A stretch of DNA of 35,715 nucleotides from Octopus sinensis. Its lineage: Eukaryota. A model generated the notes under the pieces. That model had not been told where the DNA came from, did not search any database, and saw nothing but the letters and a program-made list of their open reading frames with translations. Each line of letters opens with the position of its first letter. Positions within the stretch are counted from its first letter, which is position 1. The stretch lies in contig NW_021828064.1 of assembly GCF_006345805.1 (NCBI RefSeq), positions 1-35,715 of the forward strand, in the 5' to 3' direction. The position numbers were made by a program, and so were the translations under genes. Shown in pieces: positions 34,855 to 35,715 of the stretch.

Positions 34855-35268
34855 ATCGTACGTTTGTGTGTGCGTGCGAGCATGTTTGTGTATTAGTGTG
34901 TGTTGTGTGTTTGATATTGTAGATACAATTTTGTACAAATTTAAACTTCGTTTTCTTTTCTCATTATTAGACCTTTACGTTTCTTCTGGAACAATGATTC
35001 TCATAAGTCTATTAACAATCCATAGACTGCCATCTTGTTTCATCATTCTGGCATAGTGATGACAGCGGAGTGTTTGTTGCGTTTTGAACTAAGCAGTAAA
35101 GGATCAAAGGAATGTTGATGTATCTAATAAAATCATCACCGAACTTCAAATTGCTAAACGCAAAATTCCTTCTTACACTTGCAGTTTCTTTCAGTTAAGT
35201 TATATAGATATATTGATGTCTCGGATATTTTGGTGTTAAAGAGTTCCTGTCTCTCTCAAAGAAAAAAA

Positions 35269-35696
35269 AAAGCGGTGCTATTGCATGGGGCTGAGACATG
35301 GCGAACAACAGTTAAGTCAAATAAGCAAATACAATCATTCATCAATAGATGCTTGCGTAGTATACTTAAAATTAGATGGCCCGAAGACATAAGCGATATG
35401 GAGCTATGGCAAAGAACAAATCAAGTTTCGATTAGGGAGCAAATATTTAAGAAAAAGTGGAAGTGGATTGGTAGCACAATTAGAAAAGACGCACCAAAAG
35501 TAGCGGAAAGTGTTTTACAGTGGAATACGGATGGATATAGAAAGAAAGGTAGGCCTAAGAACTCATGGCATAGATCAACACAAAAGGAACTAGAGAATGG
35601 GGGACATTCATGGCAGAGTATAAGTAGGGAGCGAAAAATTATGCGACATAAGTGGCCTATACTCCGCGTTGGAGGGTTAAAGGCATAAAAAAAAAA
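35269..35696 (+). mobile_element. RTE-clade LINE 3' end, frame intact, A-tailed
   Basis: KAVLLHGAETW..IQSFINRCLRSILKIRWPEDIS..LWQRTNQ..WKWIG..QWN..RKKGRPKNSW; stop at 35686-35688 followed by an A run. Confidence 0.9.
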
Positions 35697-35715
35697 GAAT
35701 TCATTGTTAAACTTC

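Overview
AT-rich, microsatellite-saturated non-coding eukaryotic DNA (intergenic or a very large intron). I infer an Octopus/cephalopod genome from the SINE families and the repeat landscape. No intact host gene is recognisable, and most ORF-track entries are translated microsatellites or antisense/frameshifted TE sequence. The window holds at least four tRNA-derived SINE families (about 17 copies or fragments), five R4/Dong-type RLE-LINE fragments (four packed into one (TAA)n array at 19970-22964), four RTE-type LINE fragments, several Tc1/mariner relics, two hAT-type MITEs, a Helitron-like and a Helentron-like non-autonomous element, and large simple-repeat tracts with higher-order duplications. 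The most unusual signals are two hammerhead-ribozyme-like folds. One (31518-31595) sits in the loop of a perfect 76-bp inverted repeat embedded in (TA)n; the other (9480-9526) is a decayed minimal type-I motif. Both suggest Penelope-like retroelement termini. All assignments come from reading the sequence by eye; no searches were run.
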